Shown one piece after another: positions 51,255 to 63,541 of a stretch of DNA of 64,000 nucleotides. How positions within the stretch are numbered: the first letter of the stretch is position 1; every line of letters starts with the position of its first letter. Source of the DNA: Malacoraja senta (lineage: Eukaryota). A program made the position numbers and the translations under genes. The stretch is taken from NCBI GenBank assembly GCA_038087875.1, contig CM075977.1, positions 224,936,001 to 225,000,000 on the forward strand, read 5' to 3'. The notes below the pieces were generated by a model. That model did no database searches and had not been told where the DNA came from. It saw nothing but the letters and a program-made list of their open reading frames with translations.

Positions 51255-51699
51255 TTATTGACACGTAAGATGAACAACAGACATCTATATTCGTTGTTTT
51301 ATATTGCTCCAACATTTATCAAACTCACACATTAACCTGCCCTTAGCCTCTTCTCTGAATTTATACATTATACTGTAAGTGTTAATATTGAGGCAAAACA
51401 TTAGAGCTGATACCTAACCTTGTGCATGTTCTTTTAACAATATGGCAGTTTACAATGCAACCCCAGGCATTCCTTCTGCTCTGTTAAGAAATATCTATTT
51501 TTTAAGTCTCATTCATGAATGATATAAATTCTTCTTAAAGATTTACAAATACTTAATTGTAAAATTATTTTCTTACTTTTAATTTTTCTCTTATTTCTCT
51601 CTTTTAATCTAATATTTTATTTCTTTTGGTTATTTCTCTTTCTGGACGTGATGAGACCAACTCTTTGTTTATTCCTGAGACCTTCTTTGCTTCCTCAGC

Positions 51700-52810
51700 C
51701 CCCTTTTTTAGTCCTTGTACACCAACGACTGTGCAGCCAAGTATATATCCAATTCAATTTGCAAATTTGCAGACACTACTGTAGTGGGTCGAATAACAAA
51801 TAATGACGAGATGGAGTACAGGAAAGAGATTGAGAACCTCGTAACCGAGTGCCAAAACACCAACCTTTCCCTCAATGTCAGTAAGACAAAAGAGATGGTG
51901 AACAAAGGACAACAGTGATCGACTTCAGGAAGTGAAGCGGTAAGCATACATTGACGCGCCGAGGTATGATTGTGGAAAGCTTCAGGTTCCTCGGAGTAAA
52001 TACCACCAGCAACTTGTCCTGGAAGCAATGGCCAAGAAAACATGCCTTTACTTCCTTTGAAGGCTTAGGAAGTTCAGCATGTTCCCAACAACTCTCACAA
52101 ACTTCTACAGATGTGTTGTAGAAAGCATTTATCGGGATGCATCATAACATGGTTTGGGAACAGCTCCATCTAAGACCATAAGAAATTGCAACGAATTGTG
52201 GATGCAGCCCAAACGATCACACAAACCACTCACCCTCCAGCCTCCACCCTCCACCATCCATTGACTCCAACTACACTTCACGCTGCCTCAGCAAGGACAC
52301 CAGCATAATAAAGGACAAGACTCACCCTGGTCACTCCCTCTTCTCCCCTCCCCCATCAGATAAAAGATACACAAGTGTGAAAAATGCATACCTCCAGATT
52401 CAGGGACAGTTTCTTCCCAGCTGTTATCAGGCAACTGAACTATCCTATCAACAACTAGAGAGCGGTCCAGAGCTACAATCTACCTCATTGGAGACCCTTG
52501 GACTGTCTTTAATCAGATTTTATTGGACTTTATCTTGCACTAAAAGTTATTCGATTGATACAGGTATCACAGATTACGGGGAGAAGGCAGGAGAATGGGG
52601 TTAAGAGGGAGAGATGGATCAGTCATGATTGAATGGCGGCGTAGACTTGATGGTCCGAATGGCCTAATTCTACTCTTATTCCTTATGACCTTATTACCTT
52701 TATTATGTACACTGTGGATGGCTCCATTGTATGATCTTTCCACTGACTGGTTAGCACGCAACAAAAGTTTTTCACTGCACTTCAGTACTCGAGACAATTC
52801 TAAATTAAAC
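51700..52810 (+). mobile_element. Rex1/Babar-like LINE 3' part (with a small CR1-tail insertion at about 52565-52690)
   Basis: LYTNDC...ICKFAD TTVVG...NLSLNVSKTKEMV. Confidence 0.85.
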
Positions 52811-52974
52811 CTCCCTGGTTTATGAAATGGACTGTAGATTTCAACAGTTATTAAGGTTTGGATTTCATAGCAATGAACCAGCATCACAACTATGAAAAGT
52901 TAATGGTGAATATTAGAAGCTGGAGCACAGGCAGATTTCTACTGGGAGGGATATAAGGGAAGATCTATAATAGC

Positions 52975-53108
52975 ATGGACTGTAATAGAGAACTTGCTCC
53001 TCAACTTCTCAGAGTACCTTTCCTTGGCAGCTCTGATTCCTCTTCTCAGCTTGTACTTGGCCTGCCTGTAGAGGTCTGCATCCCCACTCCTGTAGGATCT
53101 ACCCCTGC
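52975..53108 (-). mobile_element. Short LINE (Rex1-like) ORF fragment
   Basis: YRSGDADLYRQAKYKLRRGIRAAKERYSEKL, typical of the linker before a Rex1 RT. Confidence 0.7.
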
Positions 53109-53118
53109 AAGCGTCAAA

Positions 53119-54195
53119 ATGCCTAAAGTCAAGCCAACGCCTTGTAAAAAACTGAACGATTTGGTGAGAGTGTACGGGAGTGATATATTCTCTACAAAAA
53201 ACTGTGTGCTGTTTTACAAAGCATGTGAGAAAGCAGTGAATCATGAGAAGAAACATTTCGTCTCCCAGCATGTACAGACAGATAAACACAAGTCGGCGGA
53301 AGAGAAACTGAAGCTCGTCTCCTCACAACATTTACTGCTGGCTCCAGTCGCAAATCTGAGTTTTCGAGTGATCTGTGCAACGCATTAATTGATGCTGGAA
53401 TTCCACTGTGGAAATTGGAAAACAAATCTCTCAGAGGTTTATGGGGAAATACACAGAGGTACATATACCAAGTGAGTCATCATTATGGAAAAATTATGTT
53501 GACAGCAACTTCAACATTGTTGTGCAGAAAATTAGAGATGAAGTTGCATGCAACAAAATATGGATCTCAATAGATGAGACAACTAATGATGTGGGGAGAT
53601 ATGTTGCCAATGTGGTCATTGGTACACTGGAGGCAGGTCAACCATCAAAGGAGTATTTCTTGACATCGGAAGTTTTGGAGAAGTCAAAGAGCTCAACTAT
53701 TGCTCAGTTGTTTACATCTTCACTTGCTGTACTTTGTACTTAAAGTTCCTGGCGATGTAGGTAAAGACATACAAGGAAAATGTGAGAGGGTGATTTTAGC
53801 TAACAAAGATCTTGAAGAAATACAAAACAAAGCTAAAGTTCTCAAAGGTAGTTGTAATGCACAAGATATCGACATGAATGTAGAGTTTGTAGCTTGTTTC
53901 AGGTATGCGCCAGTAACCTCAGCTGGTGTAGAAATAAGTTTTTCACAACTGTAGCATATTCTGTCTGACAGACGGCATAGTTTAACACCAGATAATTTGA
54001 AAAAATGATGGTAGTTATGTGCAACCAGGCAACATTGGTCAATTAATGTAGTATACCTTTATAATTATCATTTTTAACCATATTTTGGTGGTGGAAATAA
54101 ATGCCTTTTTGGTGCCTTTTTTGTAATTTTATTATGCCTTTTTGACTGCCTATTTCAGATATTTTTAGTGCCTAAACATCATGGCTCGACTAATC
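53119..54195 (+). pseudogene. Internally deleted CGGBP1-like hAT transposase relic plus element 3' end
   Basis: N-terminal Zn finger (LF[Y]KACEK...QHVQTDKH), DLCNALIDAGIPLWKL, WISIDETT (first catalytic D), C-terminal YAPVTSAGVEISFS..ILSDRRHSLTPDNL; TGCCT subterminal repeats. Confidence 0.8.
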
Positions 54196-54365
54196 AGCAC
54201 CTACATTATAAATACCAGAGGTTCCTGCACTAATCCTTGCAGAACATCACTGTTTATAGATCCTCAGTGAGAGAGCCATTCCTCCAGCAGCACCCTTTGT
54301 CTTCTGTGACCAAGCCAATTCTGTATACAATTTACCAATTCGTAAAAGACTGAATTAAACTTGAG

Positions 54366-55600
54366 TGGATAGGGGGAGAACCAGTGGATGTGTTGTATCT
54401 GGACTTTCAGAAGGCTTTCGACAAGGTCCCACATAAGAGATTAGTATACAAACTTAAAGCACACGGTATTGGGGGTTCAGTATTGATGTGGATAGAGAAC
54501 TGGCTGGCAAACAGGAAGCAAAGAGTAGGAGTAAACGGGTCCTTTTCACAATGGCAGGCAGTGACTAGTGGGGTACCGCAAGGCTCAGTGCTGGGACCCC
54601 AGCTATTTACAATTTATATTAATGATCTGGATGAGGGAATTGAAGGCAACATCTCCAAGTTTGCGGATGACACTAAGCTGGGGGGCAGTGTTAGCTGTGA
54701 GGAGGATGCTAGGAGACTGCAAGGTGACTTGGATAGGCTGGGTGAGTGGGCAAATGTTTGGCAGATGCAGTATAATGTGGATAAATGTGAGGTTATCCAC
54801 TTTGGTGGCAAAAACAGGAAAGCAGACTATTATCTAAATGGTGGCCGATTAGGAAAAGGAGAGATGCAGCGAGACCTGGGTGTCATGGTACACCAGTCAT
54901 TGAAAGTAGGCATGCAGGTGCAGCAGGCAGTGAAGAAAGCGAATGGTATGTTAGCTTTCATAGCAAAAGGATTTGAGTATAGGAGCAGGGAGGTTCTACT
55001 GCAGTTGTACAGGGTCTTGGTGAGACCACACCTGGAGTATTGCGTACAGTTTTGGTCTCCAAATCTGAGGAAGGACATTATAGCCATAGAGGGAGTGCAG
55101 AGAAGGTTCACCAGACTGATTCCTGGGATGTCAGGACTTTCATATGAAGAAAGACTGGATAGACTTGGCTTATACTCGCTAGAATTTAGGATTGAGAGGG
55201 GATCTTATAGAAACGTACAAAATTCTTATGGGGTTGGACAGGCTAGATGCAGGAAGATTGTTCCCGATGTTGGGGAAGTCCAGGACAAGGGGTCACAGCT
55301 TAAGGATAAGGGGGAAATCCTTTAAGACCGAGATGAGAAAAAACTTTTTCACACAGAGAGTGGTGAATCTCTGGAACTCTCTGCCACAGAGGGTAGTTGA
55401 GGCCAGTTCATTGGCTATATTTAAGAGGGAGTTAGATGTGGCCCTTGTGGCTAAAGGGATCAGGGGGTATGGAGAGAAGGCAGGTACGGGATACTGAGTT
55501 GGATGATCAGCCATGATCATATTGAATGGCGGTGCAGGCTCGAAGGGCCGAATGGTCTACTCCTGCACCTATTTTCTATGTATCGATGTATCTATGTATG
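54366..55600 (+). mobile_element. Young 5'-truncated CR1 (RT plus 3' tail), inserted in an older minus-strand CR1
   Basis: 313-aa ORF with [27 protein letters not shown]. Confidence 0.95.
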
Positions 55601-56897
55601 AGGATCTTACGAGACATAATCTACTGGATCAATATGCCAGTAGAAACCTTGTTAAATGCCTTACTAAAGTCCATCTTAACAACATTTACTGCCCTACCCT
55701 GATTAATCATCTTCCTTAAAAGACTGAATTAAAGTTGAGGTAGGGTCTTCTACATAAAAAAGCATGTTGACTTTCCCTAATTCCATGCTTTTATAAATCC
55801 AAGTAAATCCGGAGCCAAAAATTCTTCTCTAATAATTTTCCAACCACTGATGTAAGGTTTACTGGGTATAATTTTCTGTTCCCTCCCTACTGCCCGTCTT
55901 AAACATAGGAACAACTTTAGCTTTTCTCTGATCTTCTGGAGTCTGTGGCTAAAGAGAATATATAGATATCAGTCAAGGCTCCAGCAACCTCCTCCCTTGC
56001 CTTCCTCAGTATCCTGGGATAGATTCTGTCAGGCTCTGGGGCTTTAGTAACCATAATGTTTCTCAAGCAACACAAAATCACACCATCATCCATGTCCTTT
56101 TTCCTGGTGAATATTGTTCCAATGTACTCATTTAAGATCTCACCTACTTCATTTGGCTCCTCGCAATTACCCTTCTTCAGTTTAGTACTTTCTCTTGAGT
56201 TCCAATCTTACCCCTATTCATAACCAGATTAATACTTACTGTTCCCAAAACACTCTTCCCTTGAAACTTTGATCACCAAGCCTAGATAATTTCCAGTACA
56301 AGGTCTAGGTAGGTATGCACCATGAGGATAGCTATTCTTAATCAGAATCAAGAATTTCACCAAAGAAACAAATGCAACATTTCCAAGTTTATTGATGTGA
56401 ATGTGGAAATGTGAATATAGATAAGGATGAAAAGTGGCTTCAAGGGCATGTAGAAAAGGTGACAGAGTGAATAACAACATGGCAGGTGTAATAAAATGTG
56501 GAAAAATGTGAGATTATTCACTTTGAAATAAAAATGTTAAGATAATTTTAAAATGACAGATTGGGAAATTTTTATGTTCAAAGGAAGCTTGGGTGTTCTT
56601 GTATGCAGATCATCGGAAGCTAACCTGACAATGTAGCAGAGAGCCAGTATATTGGTATTCATTATTAAAGGATTTGAGTAAGGATGTCACTGCAATTATA
56701 CATGACCTGGTTGAGACTATTCCTGAATGTTTCTTACCTAATACAGAATATACTTGCATTGGGGATTGTACAAGGGATTGTACAGCAAAAAATCATCAGG
56801 ATTCTTTAAAGAATTCAAAATTCTGAAAGAGATGACGCTAGATACAGAGAGGATGTTTCCATCTAGCAGAATGGTCCAGAAAAGGAGACAACCACTA

Positions 56898-57821
56898 TCT
56901 ATACTATTACTAAAACTCTCATCTTGACCATCTGCATTGTATTTAAAATGATTCCCCATAGCGCTACGATTTTTCGCCACCTTACTCGCCATTCTCCTCT
57001 GCTGCAAGTCAAATAAGTTTTGTTCCGATCGGTGAAATAGTACAAAAGTTATGAAGGTTTAAAAATCATAAAAAACGCCCCTTCCGGAACCCGCAGTCAA
57101 TAACACAGCAAGGAGAATAAAAAGCTGAAGGGCGCAGTGTGTTGAGCAGCTTGAAGAAAGTGTGCAGCTCGTGGAGAGTCAGAAGCTCGCGGAGAGTCAG
57201 CAGCTCGCGGAGAGTGTGCAGCTCATGGAGAGTGTGCAGCCTGCGGAGAGTGAGCAGCCTGCGGAGAGTGAGCAGCCTGCGGAGAGTGAGCAGCCTGCGG
57301 AGAGTGAGCAGCCTGCGGGCTACTTCTGCGGAGACCAGCATGACCAGCTGGAAGCTGCTGAGTTGAATCGGAAGCCTCTGAGTGATGCCGGAGTGGGACC
57401 GGGATTTGCTGCGTGAGGCAGCAAAGGTGCGGGGTGAGCAGAGTGCGAGCCAACCCCTCCCCACATCCCCTTCCCCTTCCCCCCCTTTCCCCACAAACCC
57501 CCACACACACACCCCATCCCCCACTCCCCCTCCCCCCATCCTCCCCCACCCCCACACACCCCCCCACCCCCACACCCCATCCCCCACACTAGCCCCCTGC
57601 CCCACACCACTCCTGCCCCACATCCACCTCCCCCATAACTCCCCTCCCCCACACCCCCCACCCTCACACCCCCCTCCTCTGAGTGGTGGAATATTGCTTT
57701 GGGGGAACGGGTTGCTTGGGTGAACAGGTGAGGGGTGGAATATTGAGTTGGGGAATGAGTTGCGTTGGGGGGGACCAGGCTTCCTGTGTCACTGGGACCC
57801 AACGGGTCCCACTTAGTTTAG
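56898..57821 (+). mobile_element. Non-autonomous Helitron with an 18-bp tandem array (57140-57320) and a C-rich tract
   Basis: A|TCTATACTATTACTAAAACTCTC 5' end; perfect hairpin GGGACCC-AAC-GGGTCCC, then ACTTAGTTTAG|T; interrupts an old CR1. Confidence 0.85.
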
Positions 57822-58041
57822 TATAATAATAAAGGCCTGAAATCAGGAGAAATTACTTCATTCAAAGAGTGTGAAATTATATTCAAAATTGAGATAGTTA
57901 GATTTCCGGTTATCAAAGGACAGGTCGATAACACAGCAAAATGATACTGAGATCAGCCTGTTAGTAATGCTGTTCTAACAATCCAGTGGTTAGATTTCAA
58001 ATCCTTCTATGACATCATCCTTCTAGGACATCTATAGTATA

Positions 58042-59257
58042 CTAGACTAAGTGGGACCTGTTGGGTCCCATGTTCACATGCAATATTCCACCTCTCCACC
58101 AATTCCAATATTGGTGGCCAGAGGGGGAGGAGGGGGGGGGGCTTTCTTGAGTGCAATATTGGGTGTTGTGGGCTGAAGGGACTGGTTTCCAGAGGGCTAG
58201 TATGGACATTGTGGGCCGAATGGATTCTTGGACTGGCAGCTCTGTCACTCAAGCCTGGTGTGCTGGCAGCTCACTCACTCACGGCTGGTGGGCTGGCAGC
58301 TCGCTCACTCACGGCTGGTGGGCTGGCAGCCGATTCATGGCTATTCCTTCAAATACCATTTCAAGCAGGGTGCCAGGCCACCAAATTCAAATGCAGTCTT
58401 ATACCATTTCAAGCAGGGTGCCAGGCCACCAAATTCAAATGCAGTCTCATACCATTTCAAGCAGGGTGCAAGGCCACCAAATTCAAATGCAGTTTCATGC
58501 CATTCCAAGCAGGGTGCAAGGCCACCAAATTCAAATGCAGTCTCATGCCATTCCAAGCAGGGTGCAAGGCCACCAAATTCAAATGCAGTCTCATGCCATT
58601 TCAAGCAGGGTGCAAGGCCACCAAATTCAAATGCAGTCTCATACCATTTCAAGCAGGGTGCCAGACCACCAAATTCAAATGCAGTCTCATACCATTTCAA
58701 GCAGGGTGCCAGGCCACAAAATTCAAATACAGTCTCATACCATTTCAAGCAGGATGCCAGGGCACCAAATTCAAATGCACTCATACCATTTCAAGCAGAG
58801 TGAAGCCACCATAAAACCACCATAAAACCACATAAAACACCACAAAACAATATAAAAACCATATAAAAACCACATAAAAACCACACTCACAATTCAGTAG
58901 ACATTCAGTGTGTTCAATTGATTCACAGCTCAGACAAAGATTAGTGACCTCTTCCTCCCCGATCTTGCAGAGACTGAGCTGCGCCCACACTTCCGGGTTT
59001 TATAGTCCCTCCCACCTCCCACCGGAATGGGCGTAGCCATCATGCCGTGATTGACAGGAGAGAGAATCTCAACATTTGAAAAACATTAATAAGTCTTTTA
59101 TTTTTCATCGATGGGAAAAATCCTCTTGTCCTGCGCAGCGTAGAGGGACTCTGAGTAAGATGGCCAAAAATCACAGCCGTAAGTGGTAGCGTTCCTTCTA
59201 AAATCAATATGCAGTGCAAACAGGAATTGGCCAAGATGAGACTTTTAATTATATAGA
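58042..59257 (-). mobile_element. Complete non-autonomous Helitron carrying the 48-bp satellite (58355-58800)
   Basis: 5' A|TCTATATAATTAAAAGTC; 3' GGGACCCAACAGGTCCC hairpin, then ACTTAGTCTAG|T; no TSD. Confidence 0.9.
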
Positions 59258-59274
59258 TAAGTTGATATTTCAGG

Positions 59275-60075
59275 TTGGGGAACTGCAATATAATGAGGAT
59301 AAATGTGAGGTTATCCACTTTGGCGGCAAGAACAAGGAGGCAGATTATTATCTCAGTGGTGCCAGATTAGGAAAAAGAGAAGTGCAACGAGACCTGGGTG
59401 TCCTTGTACAACAGTCACTGAAAGTAAACATGCAGGTACAGCAGGCAGTGAAGAAACCTAATGGCATGTTGGCATTCATAACGAGAGGCTTTGTGTATAG
59501 GAGCAAAGAGGTCCTTCTGGAGTTGCACAGGGCCCCGGTGAAATCACACCTGCAGTATGGTGTGCAGTTTTGGTCTCCTAATTTGAGGAACGACATTCAT
59601 GCTATTGATTGCAGCGTAGGTTCACAAGGTTAATTCCCGGGATGGCGGGACTGTCATATGAGGAAAGATTGGAAAGACTGGGCTTGTATTTACTGGAATT
59701 TAGGATGAGAGGGGATTTTATAGAAACATATAAAATTATAAAAGGACTGGACAAGCTAGATGCAGGAAAAATGTTCCCAATGTTGGGGGAGTCCAGAACC
59801 AGGGGCCATAGTCTAAAAATAAAGGGGAGGCCATTTAAAACTGAGATGAGAAAAAACTTTTTCACCCAGAGAGTTGTGAATTTGTGGAATTCTCTGCCAC
59901 AAAAGGTAATTCACTGGATGGATTTAAAAGAGAGATAGATAGAGCTCCAGGGGCTAGCAGAATAAATGGATATGGGGAGAAGGCAGGCACGGGTTACTAA
60001 TTGTGGATGATCAGCCATGATCACAATGAATGGCCTCCTTCTGCACCTATTTTCTATGTTTCTATGTTTCTATGC
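59275..60075 (+). mobile_element. CR1 3' fragment
   Basis: [14 protein letters not shown]...; (TTCTATG)n tail. Confidence 0.93.
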
Positions 60076-60329
60076 TGCCTCACCACTTCACCTCGAATTT
60101 GCTGCTTCACCCGACCTAATGACTGAACGGTTTATGTTACTGCCTCACAGCTCCAGAGATCTAGGTTCAATCCTGACCTCAGGTGTTGTCTGTGTAGACT
60201 TTGCCAGTTCTCACTCTCACTGTATGGCCTTCTACCAGGAAGTACAGTTTCCACCTACATATCAAAAAAGTGTGATTTATTAGGTTAATTACCGCTGTAA
60301 ATTTCCACTACTATAGTTGATGGGGCAAG

Positions 60330-61835
60330 GTAAATAAAGCATCCTCTAAGATAATCCTCAACAGTGGTGCCCTGCAAGGATGTGTTATCAGCCCCCTTTT
60401 ATGCTCAAATACTGATGACTCTGCAGCCAAATACCAATCCAACTCTATCTACAAGTTCACAGATACCACCATAGCGTGCCGGCTATCAAATAAGGACGAG
60501 ACGGAGTGCAGGACGTAGATGGAGAACCTCGCAACCTGGTACCAAAACAAATTTTCCCTCAATATCAGCAAGGCAAAGGAGATTGTGATTGACTTCAGGA
60601 AGTGAAGTAGTACACACTCCTCAGTATACATCGATGGTGCCGAAATAGAGATGGTCGACAGCTTCAAGTTCTGAGGAGTAAATATCACCAGCAATTTGTC
60701 TGGTTGTTGGTCAAGAAAGCACACCAATGCCATAGAAGGCTTGGGAAGTTTAGCATGTTCCCAACAACCTTCACCAGCTTCTACAGATGTGCCATAGAAA
60801 GGATTTAACAGGATGCATCACGACATGTGTAGGAAAGAACTGCAGATGCTGTTTAAATCGAAGATAGACACAAAATGCTGGAGTAACTCAGCGGTACAGG
60901 CAGCATCTCTGGAGTGAAGGAATGGGTGACGTTTTGGGTCAAGACCCTTCTTCGACGTTTCGGGTCGAGACCCTTCTTCTGAAGAAGGGTCTAGACCTGA
61001 AACGTCACCCATTCCTTTTCTCCAGAGATGCTGCCTGAGTTACTTCAGCATTTTGTGTCTATTTTCGATTTAAATCAGCATCTGCAGTTCTTTCCTACAC
61101 ATTTTGTCTGCTCCATTGCGAAAGCTCCTCAAGGTATGTATACTTTGAAGAAGTTCTCCTCCTCTCTCCGACGAGAGTTCAGCAACATCCTCTCTCGTTG
61201 CTCCGCCTCTGTGATTCCTCCTGCCCTCCGAGAAGAAGGGTCTCAACCCGAAATGTCACCCATTCCTTCTCTCCAGAGATTCTGCCTGTCCCGCTGATTT
61301 ACTCCAACATTTTGTGTCTGCATCACAACATGGTTTGGTAACAGTTCCATCCAAGACCGTAATAAATTGCAGAGAATTGTGGACGTAGCCCAGACATCAC
61401 GCAAAACCAACCTCTCTTCCATGGACTCATCTACATTTCAAGCTGCCTTGGCAAGGCCACCAGTATAATCAAGGACCAATTTCACCCTGGTCACTCCCTC
61501 TTCTCCCCTCTCCCATCAGGGAAAAGGTACAAAATGTTAAAAACACATACTTTCAGATTCAAGGACCATTTCTTCCCAGCTCTTATCAGGCAAATGAACT
61601 GTCCTCTCACCAGCTAGAGTGCGATCCTGACTTCCCACCTATCTCATCTTTAATCAGACTTTATCAGACTCTATCTTAGACTAAATAATATACACTTTAT
61701 CCTGTATCTGTACACTGGAAGGCTTGACTGTAATTATGTATAGTCTTTTCGTTGACTGGATAGCATGCAAAAACAAAGCTTTTCACTGTACTCTGGTACA
61801 CGTGACAATAATAAACTAAACTAAACCAAACTAAA
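60330..61835 (+). mobile_element. Rex1/Babar-like LINE, interrupted at 60828-61318
   Basis: SGALQGCVISP, SLNISKAKEIVIDFRK; (TAAAC)n tail. Confidence 0.85.
60828..61318. mobile_element. Composite Penelope-derived mini-element with four hammerhead-like cores
   Basis: TSD TGCATCAC(G/A)ACATG at 60814-60827 and 61319-61332; plus-strand core CTGAAGA AGGGTCTAGACCT GAAAC GTC at 60979-61006; two minus-strand cores at 60928-60980; a fourth at about 61231-61257. Confidence 0.85.
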
Positions 61836-62832
61836 ACGAGAATTCCCGAGAGGTGAAGGAGATTAATGATTCTAGAGGAAATTATGAATTTAGTATAAAT
61901 AGAGTCTTGATAGTTGGCAGACATGGTGGACCCAAGATTAGGTTTGTGTGTTGTGTTGCTCCAAGACTCTTGGCATTTGTATCATTGAATGGTGCAAAGA
62001 AAGGAGGTAAAATGGTAAGCATGGGAAGAGGAATGGTGTTCTTGGAAAAGTGAACCAAAAATTCAGAGAGTAAATGTAACGGTTAAACACAAAAAGGGGA
62101 GTGTAATGTGTGCCTGGTGGTGACAGCTCATCAAATCCGGCAGAAAATAGTCAGAGTAATCCTTTGAATGCCGAAGACAATGATACACAAATAAGATATG
62201 AGAGAGTACTGAAACAGGACCAATCCATATATACCACAAAGAGCCAGGTTTCCCATTTCTATACCTTTGATTTAGAGAATGTGAGTTGAGTTGAAATATA
62301 ACTTTTTCAATCTGAGAATAAGTTTTAGGTGAAAAAAAATGAAAAAAAAAGTTCTTGATTTAGCTTATTATCGTCTCGTGTACCAAAGTATGAGATGGTT
62401 GTGCAGAGGGAACTCAATATCCATTGTGAAAAATGAGTCAGAAGAGATCAGGAAACTAGAAATTGGCAAAATGATGGAGGGCATTAGAACTGTCATGAAT
62501 GCACCTGGGAAGGATCTACACAAGGGAGAATGAGTCAAGATTAACATAAATAAGTACTGTGGGACATGAACAGGCTGAAACAATGGGTCGACCAGGAAAC
62601 ACCTGCTTGCGAATCTTGGGGAAGAGGGAGGGGAGGGTGGCTGTGTACAGTTAACAATCTATGAGGCTGGCAGTTGTGAAGGAAAGATCTCCAGAGTTAA
62701 TATGGCTAGCGACTACCAGGGAGAAAATGACCTGATGTTTAATAGGGGGGTGAAACATTTTCAGAGACATGGTATTCAGCTTCTCTGAGAGCAGTTCATC
62801 AAACAGTTTAAGATGAACAGACGTAGAGAGGG

Positions 62833-62928
62833 CTTGAAGAAGGGTCTCGACCCAAAACGTCACTCATTCCTTCTCTCCAGAGATGCTGCCTGTGCCATTG
62901 AGTTACTCCAGCATTTTGTGTATATCTT
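62833..62928 (+). mobile_element. Solo pLTR with hammerhead-like core
   Basis: TTGAAGAAGGGTCTCGACCCAAAACGTC; perfect 14-bp TSD AGACGTAGAGAGGG at 62819-62832 and 62929-62942. Confidence 0.85.
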
Positions 62929-63384
62929 AGACGTAGAGAGGGTCTGTTCCAGAAGGAATGATCCAGGTGGCTCTTTTCACCCAGTTCAACATTTAGGAAT
63001 GCTGGCATTGCTAGAGATGCCAAGATCCCCAGAGAAAAAAATCAAACAAATGACTTAAGTCCCACAACCTATTTCACTCATCAAGAACGCATTCCATCCC
63101 TATCGCTGAAGCACCCTATCTACAAACAATGCCGGTCCTGATCCCCAATGGAGCAAACAATGTTAGATCCAATCTCCTAACCAGATAACATATAAGGGCA
63201 GTCCCAAAACCCACTGCAAATAAACAATGTTGGTCTTACTGCCCAGTCTATCCATCAAACAGTTCAGTTTCCAAATCCCGATCCTTGAAAACAATGCCAG
63301 ATCCAGTCCCGCCCGTTAAACAAATGGTGCCAGTCCAAATCATCATAACTATCTTCAAACAAGCAAAGCAGGTCCTATTCCCTG

Positions 63385-63451
63385 ATTTCGCTTAGGCAGT
63401 TTACAACCCAGTGGTATGAATGTTGATTTCTCTAACTTCAAGTAACCCCTT

Positions 63452-63541
<90 letters not shown>

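Noticed and set aside
57066-57802. SEQPAE / AAHSPQ repeat ORFs
   Set aside because: 18-bp tandem repeat and C-rich tract inside a Helitron; no splice or homology support.
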